Assembly: GCA_020348925.1 (NCBI GenBank)
Contig: CP070758.1
Span: forward strand, 4,587,775-4,651,774
Direction: 5' to 3'
DNA length: 64,000 nt
Origin: Gemmatimonadota bacterium
Lineage (GTDB): Bacteria; JBHIER01; G020348925
Shown: piece after piece, positions 52,397 through 61,053 of the stretch
How the letters are laid out: each line of letters begins with the position of its first letter
Numbering within the stretch: the stretch's first letter is position 1
Translations under genes and position numbers: made by a program
The notes under the pieces: model-generated
Databases searched by the model: none
Seen by the model: only the letters and a program-made list of their open reading frames with translations
What the model was told of the DNA's origin: nothing

Positions 52397-52545
52397 CAAG
52401 GGTCAACCCTTCAAAATTAAATCTTTCTCTGCACTCTTCATAGGAATATTCTGTAGAAACTCAAAATCAAAGGGATGATTCTTTCTCCCCTATTACAAGG
52501 AGAATTCCCTTATTTTCAAAATTTATATTTAAGCCCCGCCCCTCG
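52397..52545 (+). mobile_element. repeat family 2 (GAGGGTCA...TGACCCTC) MITE/REPIN-like element, copy 1
   Basis: Colinear similarity with 52929-53112 over the whole length; degenerate terminal inverted repeat. Confidence 0.7.
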
Positions 52546-52764
52546 TGGATATATTCTTCGTATCAAGAAACTAAAAGAAAATATACTGTCGTGATGTTCT
52601 GATTTTTAATGCCCTGAAACGTGAGCTGCTGGATCGTCCAGCGAGCGGAGTGTCCGTTTTTTCCGTTGTTTGAGCCTGATCGGAGTGAGGGCGAGTTTGG
52701 AAAAAACAGCGAAGCGAGCTGTTGACAATCCCGGCGAACGTTTATTGGGCTGCTCTTTCTTTTG

Positions 52765-52798
52765 CTTCGTTTTCTTTGAGCAAGCAAAGAAAACGAAG
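52765..52798. repeat. 14-bp-stem hairpin CTTCGTTTTCTTTG-AGCAAG-CAAAGAAAACGAAG
   Basis: Perfect inverted repeat at the end of a ~200-bp non-coding structured segment. Confidence 0.65.
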
Positions 52799-52815
52799 AT
52801 ATTAAGTAAGAGAAC

Positions 52816-52909
52816 TGTCATTACCCAACGTGATCGGGTAATCTAGAAATACAATTTTTATAAAATCCCTTTAATTTTCTGGATCCTCCGGTCAAGCCGG
52901 AGGATGACA
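52816..52909. repeat. TGTCAT...ATGACA double-hairpin palindromic element (REPIN/RPE-like)
   Basis: ATTACCC..GGGTAAT and ATCCTCCGG-TCAAG-CCGGAGGAT hairpins; same architecture as 12308-12394. Confidence 0.65.
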
Positions 52910-52928
52910 AAAGAGTATATTATGGTCT

Positions 52929-53112
52929 ACGAGGGTCAAACCTTCAAAATTAAATTTTCTCTTCACGCTTCACGGGATTATTATTAAAAGAATTATTATT
53001 TAAAAGAATTATTCTGTAAAAACTCAAAATCAGAAAGATGACTCCTCTCCTCCTATTACTAGTAGTGTTCCCTTTACTCTCAAAATTTTAAAATTTAAGC
53101 CCTGACCCTCGT
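52929..53112 (+). mobile_element. repeat family 2 element, copy 2
   Basis: Perfect 10-bp terminal inverted repeat ACGAGGGTCA / TGACCCTCGT; AT-rich interior; no ORF. Confidence 0.75.
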
Positions 53113-53198
53113 GGAGTAGAAAATTGTGTATTTCTACTATGAACAGCTACACCCAATTCACCAAACTCATGTCGTGAATCAATATATGTATTTTTGGA

Positions 53199-53807
53199 TC
53201 AACTCAACGCTATTTTAAACTTGCACCGGCTTCCGCCATACAGCACAGAAGCGACCAATTGAACGTCCACTGGTTTTCCGAACATCTGCTCGAACATTTC
53301 TTTCACGTAGCCGACCGAACACAGGCAATAGGTTTTCGATAATCCAGCAGGTTTGGATTCCACCATCGGGCACAGACAAACGTTTTCTGGTGCCGCCTGT
53401 CCTGTTTCAGCGCTGCCCATGTACTGATAATAAATGACGTTGCCCTCGATCTGAAATGAACCATCCTTTACATTTTCTCCAACCCAGGCTACCCATTTTT
53501 CATACGGAACAACTTCAGTTTGTTGACCCGTTGACTTTATCCATTCTTGATAGCAGATTTTGCCATTGGTCATCATCACTTTTTTTCTGGTTTCCTCATC
53601 CAGTGTATTATCCAATACATTAATAAATCGCTTAACCCAGAGATCGGCAAATTCCATCCGCTTGATGGCTCTTTTTTCCAACGGATCACCCGGTTTGGAT
53701 GATGTCGATTCCTGCCCAGAAACATTGTTTATTCCGATCATGAAGGCACCAACACATGAACAAGCCCCTACGGTGCAGACTGATTTTACAAATTCTTTCC
53801 GATCCAT
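53199..53807 (-). CDS. Cys-rich DUF6144/V4R-like protein with Tat-like leader
   Basis: MDRKEFVK leader; CLCPMV, TYCLCSVG, SVLYGGSRCKF; AAGGA RBS for ATG 53807. Confidence 0.7.
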   Translation of the reverse strand: MDRKEFVKSVCTVGACSCVGAFMIGINNVSGQESTSSKPGDPLEKRAIKRMEFADLWVKRFINVLDNTLDEETRKKVMMTNGKICYQEWIKSTGQQTEVVPYEKWVAWVGENVKDGSFQIEGNVIYYQYMGSAETGQAAPENVCLCPMVESKPAGLSKTYCLCSVGYVKEMFEQMFGKPVDVQLVASVLYGGSRCKFKIALS

Positions 53808-53906
53808 TGAAGAATTCCTTTCCAACTCCATGATGTAAGTTCTTCTCTCGCTTTTCTGACACTACTGAGAACCCTTAGACCTTGGAGCATGGTAATAGGT
53901 TTCAAA

Positions 53907-53949
53907 TGACCGCTGAGTTTATGCGGTCAGGTTCATTCGCTTGTTAGCC
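53907..53949 (-). other. truncated attC-like site (R'' side only)
   Basis: Minus strand GGCTAAC-aagcgaatgaacctgaccgc..gcggtca; no matching GTTRRRY. Confidence 0.4.
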
Positions 53950-53983
53950 ATTTTTCAACAGCACTGTCTTACTACAAAGTGTT

Positions 53984-54126
53984 TAAGGGACACTGTTTGC
54001 AACCAATTGGAGTATACACAAATACAAATATTAATCGAATAGTAACTTCTGCATCATCGTTTTTCTTAAAAGAGCATTGATCGTCCTATGCTTTGAAAAG
54101 TAGAGACGAACAAAAGGTGTTCCCTT
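53984..54126 (+). mobile_element. repeat family 1 element, full copy
   Basis: AAGGGACAC ... GTGTTCCCTT ends; shared interior tcgaatagtaacttctgcatcatc and agacgaacaaaa with 56139-56283. Confidence 0.78.
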
Positions 54127-54185
54127 GCTTTGGGTCGGTCAGTATTCATTGGAAAAGATGAGTATCATATTCTGCATTATATCAA

Positions 54186-56078
54186 TTACGAGCCTTCAAT
54201 CATCGGTACAATGGGCTTGATGTTTGTGGGCATGTCATAGTGGCTCAGCACTTTCTTCTGCTTTAGGGACGGTGGTAATAATATATCGATGAAATTCGGA
54301 TTCCCGTGAGAGAAATTCCCACCGCTGATAAATACCCGATGATCTTGTCGCACCGGCATAGGACCACCATCGATAAAATTCATGGTGCGATTGCTCGTCA
54401 ATCCCACGCCTACGAAGTATTTCCAATCCTCTTCAGGTTCGCCAATCATTGCCAAGGGAACGGATAACTCTATAGCATTTTCCTCTTTATTTATATATTC
54501 ATACACGATATCAGGCGTGGTATAATACACTTTGCCAAGATGATTCGAAACGGAAACTGCTGAGCCGACATTCAACTTAATGTTATAGCCTTCATCGTGA
54601 GGAAACCGTACACCGTGGCAATCGCGGTTTAAAGCTCTTTCTTTACTATCGCCATCATTGATAGCGATAACAATACAGGGTGTAAACTGCTCATCGCTCG
54701 ATCCATAGGAGACCGGTGTCATCAATTTCGACATTGTAATTTTAAAATACGCATTGTCGCTATCTTTAAACACAGAAAACTGTCTCAGGTCGAACACGCC
54801 TTTTGCGAAATTCGGATGCTGCGGGTAGACATAGTCTCCGTCTCCCTTATCGTCGTTTTGAGGATCGGCCATGGCAAAGACCGGTGTTGCTTCCGGAGGG
54901 ACGTCAAAACCGATAGCGGTGCTTTTTCTGCTTAACAGATACTTGTGAAATTCATCTTCGAGCGTGTTGAGAGACATTTGGAAGGCATCTTCCAGGCTTT
55001 CACCGAGATTTTCAATGTCTTCGATGTGTGTGCAAAATCGCCGCAGTTTTTCTATCCCGAACCGGTCATGAAGAAACCGGATCAGTGCGCCCGATTCGTA
55101 ATAGGTGATATAATTTGTTCGAAAATATTCTTGCTTCGGCATGGTAAAGAGCCTTTCGAGTGGGAGCAACTTCGATGCTCCAAGCATGTTGCTTGCCTCG
55201 ATAAGTGTCAATTCCTCGTCTGCTCCCGCCACGCCTCCCAGAGCAACGGCAAGGCCCTCAGCAATGATGTGATTGTCGAGACTGATACCGGCCAACCCCG
55301 TCAAACAGTGGGCTACTTCGTGAGGATGATACAAGGATGGTGATATGATCTTGTAATTCGCTGGGGAGCGTCTCATCCATTTTTGAGTAGGAATGACACC
55401 GTACCCGTGGGCTGACGGATGCAGAATGAGTTCGCCGCATTCCTCGGCCGTACGCGGGGCATAAAAATGGATTTTATCGGTCAGTTCGATGTGAAAAAAG
55501 CGTAGCATGTTCTCGCAGGATTGATCGCTGGCTCTTATCTTGTACATGTGATCGGCAAGGTGAACCTCTCGCGGAACATGATAGATGAAATATTCGCTCT
55601 CGTACGATTGCCAATCCTGTGTGAAGAGATCGATCGGATTGATGATAACCCAACGGTCATTCTCCCTGACAATGTAATATCGCATTTCCCTCTCACGTTC
55701 TTCAAGAGAGGATATTGAATCGCTCGACATCCAAACCAAATCTATTATGGAATATTTTTCAAACGATCGAACATCCCGGACTCGTGGTCTGTAGCGTTTT
55801 ATTAGTTCAGGCAACTGTGAGAAGTGTAATCGTGAGCCAATAAAAACGTGCATGTCCCAGAAGGTGGGATTCTCTACTGAGCGAACACTCCAGAAAGGGA
55901 GGACACTTGCCGAATCGCCTGTAGCCAATGCTTGGGCATATCGATCGATTAGATCTATGGCCCCTTGTTTGGTCATCTGTTTGGATGTATCTTGGATTTT
56001 TTTCTGACAAGAGGTAAAACAGGTTATAATAAAAACGACTGCAAAGTATTTTAAAATGTTTTCACACATCTGTTTCAT
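54186..56078 (-). CDS. lipoprotein with HExxH (peptidase MA-like) domain and C-terminal glucodextranase DOMON-like domain
   Basis: FTSC lipobox; HEVAH..AEGLA..YYESG; DPQNDDKGDGDYVYP..FDL. Confidence 0.7.
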   Translation of the reverse strand: MKQMCENILKYFAVVFIITCFTSCQKKIQDTSKQMTKQGAIDLIDRYAQALATGDSASVLPFWSVRSVENPTFWDMHVFIGSRLHFSQLPELIKRYRPRVRDVRSFEKYSIIDLVWMSSDSISSLEEREREMRYYIVRENDRWVIINPIDLFTQDWQSYESEYFIYHVPREVHLADHMYKIRASDQSCENMLRFFHIELTDKIHFYAPRTAEECGELILHPSAHGYGVIPTQKWMRRSPANYKIISPSLYHPHEVAHCLTGLAGISLDNHIIAEGLAVALGGVAGADEELTLIEASNMLGASKLLPLERLFTMPKQEYFRTNYITYYESGALIRFLHDRFGIEKLRRFCTHIEDIENLGESLEDAFQMSLNTLEDEFHKYLLSRKSTAIGFDVPPEATPVFAMADPQNDDKGDGDYVYPQHPNFAKGVFDLRQFSVFKDSDNAYFKITMSKLMTPVSYGSSDEQFTPCIVIAINDGDSKERALNRDCHGVRFPHDEGYNIKLNVGSAVSVSNHLGKVYYTTPDIVYEYINKEENAIELSVPLAMIGEPEEDWKYFVGVGLTSNRTMNFIDGGPMPVRQDHRVFISGGNFSHGNPNFIDILLPPSLKQKKVLSHYDMPTNIKPIVPMIEGS

Positions 56079-56138
56079 ATTTTGGTAGCAGTTTTCTTAA
56101 GGTCGGACAAAGCCATGCGATTGCTATACAAAGTGACT

Positions 56139-56283
56139 TAAGGGACACTCTTTACAACTTATTGGATTGTATATAAATACAAATATACTGGTCGAATAGT
56201 AACTTCTGCATCATCATTTTTCTTAATTGCACCATAACCTTCCTATACCTTGCAAGATAAAGACGAACAAAAAGTGACCCTTA
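56139..56283 (+). mobile_element. repeat family 1 element, full copy
   Basis: TAAGGGACACT ... AGTGACCCTTA (11-bp terminal inverted repeat, 1 mismatch). Confidence 0.8.
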
Positions 56284-56340
56284 GCATATAACCAAAAATA
56301 ATATTTTGGACCGATCTTGAAAATACAATATTCTTAACTT

Positions 56341-56358
56341 TTAAGGCTTGACCCTCGT
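56341..56358 (+). repeat. repeat family 2 right end (TTAAGGCTTGACCCTCGT)
   Basis: Matches the right termini of 52397-52545 and 52929-53112. Confidence 0.65.
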
Positions 56359-56359
56359 T

Positions 56360-56435
56360 GAGCGCTGGGCTTGTTCAACTTTGTCTATTGTGTCGACGTT
56401 TGGTTCCAGCGTCGGTATGCAGCATTTTGTTAGGT
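56360..56435 (-). other. attC site truncated by the family-2 end
   Basis: Minus strand ACCTAAC directly after the cassette stop codon, then aaaatgctgcataccgacgctgg...ccagcgc; L'/R' are missing where the repeat begins. Confidence 0.55.
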
Positions 56436-56855
56436 CTATTCCCCCCATGCCCTTTTTAATTCATCATGGTCGAAATAGTAATCTCGCACCCTAACAGCTT
56501 TAGTCTTTTCTATTTCGATTATTGTTACACCGCCATTGCGAAAACTATACCCGCTCTTATTTTCTCCTTCAATATCCCATTCAGCCGAAACAACATTTGA
56601 TCCGGTTAAGTCGAATATTCTTTCAACGCAAATATTTTTCAAGGAAATCTAATATTGTGTGAAATTTGCCAATAAATTGTCGAACCATTTCTTTATATCT
56701 TTTTTCCCTTTTATTTCCCCACTAACAGTTAGCTTTCCCGGATAAGTAAAAGAGGCATCTTCAGCCCACGTTGAGATAAATGATAGAATGTCTCGTTCGT
56801 TTAGTGACTTGAAAGCTGATTTCGTCTTATTTTTGGCAATTGTTGATCCGATCAT
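56436..56855 (-). pseudogene. SnoaL-like/NTF2 protein (integron-cassette-like) with in-frame TAG
   Basis: WAEDASFTYPG..GKKDIKKWF..Y*ISLKNICV..EWD..NGGVT..DYYFD in one frame; TAG at 56649-56651; GGGAGG RBS. Confidence 0.75.
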
Positions 56856-56893
56856 TGTGTTGCCTCCCTAAAAGTCTAGATTCGATTTCATAG

Positions 56894-56953
56894 GCCCAAC
56901 GCTCAGCATCAGCGGGAGCATGCAGTGGTGTTCGTTGAATGCTGTTGCTAGGC
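56894..56953 (-). other. integron attC recombination site (R'' AAC mutated to AGC)
   Basis: Minus strand GCCTAGC-aac-AGCATTCAACG ... CGCTGATGCT-gagc-GTTGGGC; arms pair with one extra base, the typical attC geometry. Confidence 0.7.
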
Positions 56954-57018
56954 TTACGGCTGCTGAACACGAGCGTTGTACCCGTTTTTACCGGTGAACG
57001 GCAATTGCAGACGGCCAT

Positions 57019-57753
57019 CTACTTCGTTACATCCTTCAACCGTTCCCTCATAGGATTGAGCCACTCCGAATCGGGCAATATCCTTGTTTGCTCGAGCGCC
57101 ACCGCCTTCTGAAAGCAATCGCGAGCCTTGTTCAAGTCATTCGACAACTGGTACGTCCGGCCGTGGAAGTACCAGGCAATGGCGGACCGGGGATAAGTGG
57201 TCGTCCACTCCGCGGTAATGAAGAGAATCTCCCCCGGATCGTGTGAGTTGAACCATCCACGCACTAGCGCCGCGTAAACGTCGTCGGGCACACTGACGGT
57301 ATAGCCATAGTCAGCCGACACGCTCGCGTAGTGCTTCTTGACCGCGGCGAGCCCCTCATTCAGCTTGTTTTGCGGCACGGCAAAGTCGGGGAAGGCGGCT
57401 TGCAGGCCTTCGTAGAGCGCCTTGTAGGGCGTATAGTAGTGGGACACGCCCGGAATCTCGACGTACGCCCAGCCCTTCGCCTTTTTCTCTTCAAGTAACG
57501 GCACAATGCCGCCCTTGACCGAGTTCCCGATGCTGCCTCCCTCGAGCGCCCCCTGCGTGATCACCAGTCTTTGCCGGAACTCAGCGCCGTCGGGAATGCG
57601 ATCCTGAGCCCAACCCAAGGGCTCCTGGTTGTTCCACCAGAGGCTGGGGCTGATGGCGATGTAAGCCGCAAAGAGCTCGGGCTTCTCCAAGAACGTGTAA
57701 AACGTGAAAAGCCCACCCAGCGACCAGCCCGCGAGGATGCTTCCGCTCGTGCG
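57019..57753 (-). CDS. alpha/beta-hydrolase (esterase) with C-terminal TPR; 5' part lost in the gap
   Basis: ILAGWSLGGLF nucleophile elbow, YIAISPSLWW, VSHYYTP; visibly GC-rich. Confidence 0.8.
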   Translation of the reverse strand, partial: RTSGSILAGWSLGGLFTFYTFLEKPELFAAYIAISPSLWWNNQEPLGWAQDRIPDGAEFRQRLVITQGALEGGSIGNSVKGGIVPLLEEKKAKGWAYVEIPGVSHYYTPYKALYEGLQAAFPDFAVPQNKLNEGLAAVKKHYASVSADYGYTVSVPDDVYAALVRGWFNSHDPGEILFITAEWTTTYPRSAIAWYFHGRTYQLSNDLNKARDCFQKAVALEQTRILPDSEWLNPMRERLKDVTK

Positions 57754-57853
57754 NNNNNNNNNNNNNNNNNNNNNNNNNNNNNNNNNNNNNNNNNNNNNNN
57801 NNNNNNNNNNNNNNNNNNNNNNNNNNNNNNNNNNNNNNNNNNNNNNNNNNNNN
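57754..57853. other. assembly gap (100 N)
   Basis: Run of N. Confidence 0.99.
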
Positions 57854-57994
57854 AAACGTCCGCTGATCCGCCAAACCCTTCCGATTCAAGACCAACGTTA
57901 TCGCCGCCGTCAACGTCGTCTTCCCATGATCCACATGACCTATCGTCCCTATGTTGACGTGCGGCTTCGTCCGCTCAAACTTCGCCTTGGCCAT
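57854..57994 (-). CDS. tuf: elongation factor Tu, 5' fragment cut by the gap
   Basis: [42 protein letters not shown]; follows fusA. Confidence 0.97.
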
Positions 57995-58014
57995 AATTTT
58001 CTCTCACCTCCACT

Positions 58015-60120
58015 TCAGTAAGTCCCGGCAGCTATGAGGAGCTCCTTTTTGCCTCGCGATAATATGGTCTCAGAGATCTGCTCGGGCATTCTTTCATAAT
58101 GGTCATACTGCATGGTATATACTGCTCTTCCCTGCGTCAGGGATCGTAAGCTGGTGGCATAGCCAAACATCTCGCTTAAGGGCACCTTCGCAGAGACAAC
58201 CTGAGCTCCGGATCGAGTCGTAATGCCTTCTACTTTACCACGACGAGTCTTTATATCCTTCACCACTTCACCAACATACTCCTCTGGTACAACCACTTCA
58301 ACAGCCATTATCGGTTCTAACAGGACCGGATCGCCTTTTTTCGCCCCCTCCTTGAGGGCCATAGAACCTGCAATTTTAAATGCAATCTCTGAAGAATCAA
58401 CCTCATGATAAGAACCGTCGACCAGCGTCACTTGCATGTCCTGAAGCGGATATCCCGCTAAAATTCCGCCCGCCGTCGCTTCCATGACCCCCTGTTTCAC
58501 TGCAGAGATGTATTCTTTTGGAATTGCCCCACCGGTGATGGCGTTCTCAAATTTAATTCCACCCCCGGCCGATAAAGGTTCTAATTCTAACCAGACATGA
58601 CCATACTGGCCTCGCCCTCCAGTTTGTCGAACAAATCGCCCCTCACTTCGGATTTTCTTTGTAATGGTCTCCCTGTAAGCGACCTGAGGTCTCCCAATTT
58701 TGGCTTCCACCTTAAACTCTCGGATAAGGCGGTCTGTCAGAACCTCGAGATGAAGTTCTCCCATACCTGAAATAATGGTTTGACCTGTTTCTCCGTCTGT
58801 TTCCACCTTAAAGGTCGGATCCTCTTCCGCCAATTTCTGAAGAGAGGTTGAGAGCCTCTCCTCATCCGCTTTTGTTTTTGGCTCAACGGCCACGGCAATA
58901 ACAGGGTTCGGAAAGTGCATCGCCTCAAGAACGATGGGCGACTTCGGATCGCATATGGTGTCTCCTGTGAAGGTCCTCTTTAAACCAACGATGGCGGCAA
59001 TATCACCTGCAAAAATCTCTTTGCAATCCTCACGTTTGTTGGCATGCATCTGAAGGATTCTTCCAAAACGTTCTTTCTTTTGCTGAATTGAGTTATAGAC
59101 TGCATCCCCAACCTTCACTGATCCAGAATAAACCCTGACAAAAGTCAATCTTCCAACATATGGATCGGCCATGATTTTAAAAGCAAGAGCTGCAAAGGGC
59201 GCACCATTATCAGAGGGTCTCAGTTCCTCCTTGTTCGTATAGGGATTTGTTCCTTGAATCGGGGGAACATCGAGCGGAGAGGGCAGAAAATCCACAACGG
59301 CATCCAACAGTTTCTGAACCCCTTTATTCCGCATGGCAGAACCGCACAACACCGGAACGATTTGAATATCAAGAGTCGCTTTGCGTAAGGCTGATATGAT
59401 TTCACTTTCACCCGCCTCCTGGCCTTCGATGAACCGTTCCATCAAAATGTCATCATATTCGGAGATTGCCTCAATCATCTTTTCTCGATATAATTGCGCC
59501 TCCTCATAGAGATCATCGGGGATCTTATCCTCGACAAATGTCGCTCCGAGGCTCTCTTCATGGTAGAAATAGGCCTTCATTTTCACCAGATCAATGATTC
59601 CTGTGAAAATTTCACCTGAGCCGACGGGCAGTTGAACAGGAATCGGATTGGCTCCCAATCTTGTTCTCATCATGGAGACCACTTCCTTAAAATCAGCTCC
59701 CATTCGATCCATTTTGTTCACAAAGGCAACACGCGGAATGTGATATTGATCAGCCTGCTTCCAGACAGTCTCGGATTGCGGTTCGACACCACCCACACCA
59801 CAGAATATGGCAACAGCACCATCGAGCACGCGCAGCGACCGCTCCACTTCTACCGTGAAATCGACATGTCCTGGTGTGTCAATGATATTGATACGATGGC
59901 CCTTCCAAGAACATGTCGTGGCCGCCGAGGTGATCGTGATGCCGCGCTCTTTCTCCTGTTCCATCCAATCCATCGTCGCCGCACCGTCGTCAACCTCACC
60001 CATCCTGTGCACACGACCTGTGTAGTAGAGTATTCGCTCCGTCGTCGTCGTTTTGCCGGCATCGATATGTGCCATGATACCGATATTGCGTGTCCTTGCC
60101 AACTGTAACTGTCGCGTCAT
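58015..60120 (-). CDS. fusA: elongation factor G
   Basis: [34 protein letters not shown]; start moved to ATG 60120. Confidence 0.98.
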   Translation of the reverse strand: MTRQLQLARTRNIGIMAHIDAGKTTTTERILYYTGRVHRMGEVDDGAATMDWMEQEKERGITITSAATTCSWKGHRINIIDTPGHVDFTVEVERSLRVLDGAVAIFCGVGGVEPQSETVWKQADQYHIPRVAFVNKMDRMGADFKEVVSMMRTRLGANPIPVQLPVGSGEIFTGIIDLVKMKAYFYHEESLGATFVEDKIPDDLYEEAQLYREKMIEAISEYDDILMERFIEGQEAGESEIISALRKATLDIQIVPVLCGSAMRNKGVQKLLDAVVDFLPSPLDVPPIQGTNPYTNKEELRPSDNGAPFAALAFKIMADPYVGRLTFVRVYSGSVKVGDAVYNSIQQKKERFGRILQMHANKREDCKEIFAGDIAAIVGLKRTFTGDTICDPKSPIVLEAMHFPNPVIAVAVEPKTKADEERLSTSLQKLAEEDPTFKVETDGETGQTIISGMGELHLEVLTDRLIREFKVEAKIGRPQVAYRETITKKIRSEGRFVRQTGGRGQYGHVWLELEPLSAGGGIKFENAITGGAIPKEYISAVKQGVMEATAGGILAGYPLQDMQVTLVDGSYHEVDSSEIAFKIAGSMALKEGAKKGDPVLLEPIMAVEVVVPEEYVGEVVKDIKTRRGKVEGITTRSGAQVVSAKVPLSEMFGYATSLRSLTQGRAVYTMQYDHYERMPEQISETILSRGKKELLIAAGTY

Positions 60121-60142
60121 AACGTGTCCTCTGAAACCACAA

Positions 60143-60613
60143 CTACCATCGATAATGAGCAAAGGCCTTGTTCGCCTCCGCCATCTTGTGGGTGTCGTCT
60201 CTTTTCTTGATCGAGGCCCCTTCATTTTTTGAAGCTGCAATAAACTCCTGAGCCAATTTCTGAGCCATGGTTTTTTCAGATCGAGCCTTGGCATAGGAAA
60301 TGATCCAACGAATGGCTAAGGCCGTTCTGCGATTCGGTCTCACTTCCACAGGCACCTGGTAGGTGGCCCCACCGACCCGCCTTGATTTCACCTCGAGGAT
60401 CGGTTTCACATTGTTTACCGCCTTCTGAAAAACCGTGAGCCCATCCTCCTTTGCGCTCTTCTCAATCTCTGTCAGGGCCGTGTAAAAAATGTGCTCAGAT
60501 AAGCTCTTTTTGCCTCTTCTCATGAGGCCATTAATAAACTGAGCCACGAGAACGTTATGAAATTTTGGATCAGGCAGGATCTCCCGCCTCGTTACTTTCT
60601 TTCTCCTGGGCAT
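60143..60613 (-). CDS. rpsG: 30S ribosomal protein S7
   Basis: [31 protein letters not shown]. Confidence 0.98.
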   Translation of the reverse strand: MPRRKKVTRREILPDPKFHNVLVAQFINGLMRRGKKSLSEHIFYTALTEIEKSAKEDGLTVFQKAVNNVKPILEVKSRRVGGATYQVPVEVRPNRRTALAIRWIISYAKARSEKTMAQKLAQEFIAASKNEGASIKKRDDTHKMAEANKAFAHYRW

Positions 60614-60665
60614 ATTCCATCCTCTCTCTTACCCATTTTCCTCACGGAAAGAATCGTCTATGAAT

Positions 60666-61040
60666 TTACGTTTTTGGCTTTTTCGCCCCATATTTTGAAC
60701 GTCCTTGACGACGTTCCTGAACACCACTTGTATCCAGGGTTCCCCGGATTATGTGATACCGGACACCAGGAAGATCTTTCACCCGTCCTCCCCGAATTAA
60801 GACAATTGAATGTTCCTGCAAATTATGGCCCTCACCGGGAATATACGCCGTGACCTCCATACCGGTTGTCAATCGGACGCGAGCCACCTTGCGCAAGGCG
60901 GAGTTCGGCTTCTTCGGTGTTGTCGTATAAACCCGTGTACACACGCCCCTCCTCTGGGGCGAACCCATAAGAGCAGGCGTGCTTCCTTTCTTAATAATCC
61001 TTTTTCGCCCTCGACGTATAAGTTGATGAATAGTTGGCAC
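60666..61040 (-). CDS. rpsL: 30S ribosomal protein S12
   Basis: [24 protein letters not shown] start with GGAGG. Confidence 0.98.
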   Translation of the reverse strand: MPTIHQLIRRGRKRIIKKGSTPALMGSPQRRGVCTRVYTTTPKKPNSALRKVARVRLTTGMEVTAYIPGEGHNLQEHSIVLIRGGRVKDLPGVRYHIIRGTLDTSGVQERRQGRSKYGAKKPKT

Positions 61041-61053
61041 CGTTATTCCTCCG

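Noticed and set aside
10875-56651. Stop-codon reassignment (TAG as Gln or Pyl) suggested by three in-frame TAGs
   Set aside because: Intact genes such as rpsG and the first permease end in TAG at their conserved termini, and the affected loci also carry TAA stops, frameshifts or deletions; pseudogenisation is the simpler explanation
57581-57994. 137-aa ORF spanning the gap (also 57571-57957 and 57704-58021)
   Set aside because: Artefacts of translating through Ns; they join tuf to unrelated sequence
60121-60294. 58-aa N-terminal extension of EF-G
   Set aside because: Overlaps rpsG in another frame; ATG 60120 gives a normal EF-G N-terminus
60666-61040. Streptomycin-resistance allele of rpsL
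   Set aside because: PKKPNS and RVKDLP are wild type
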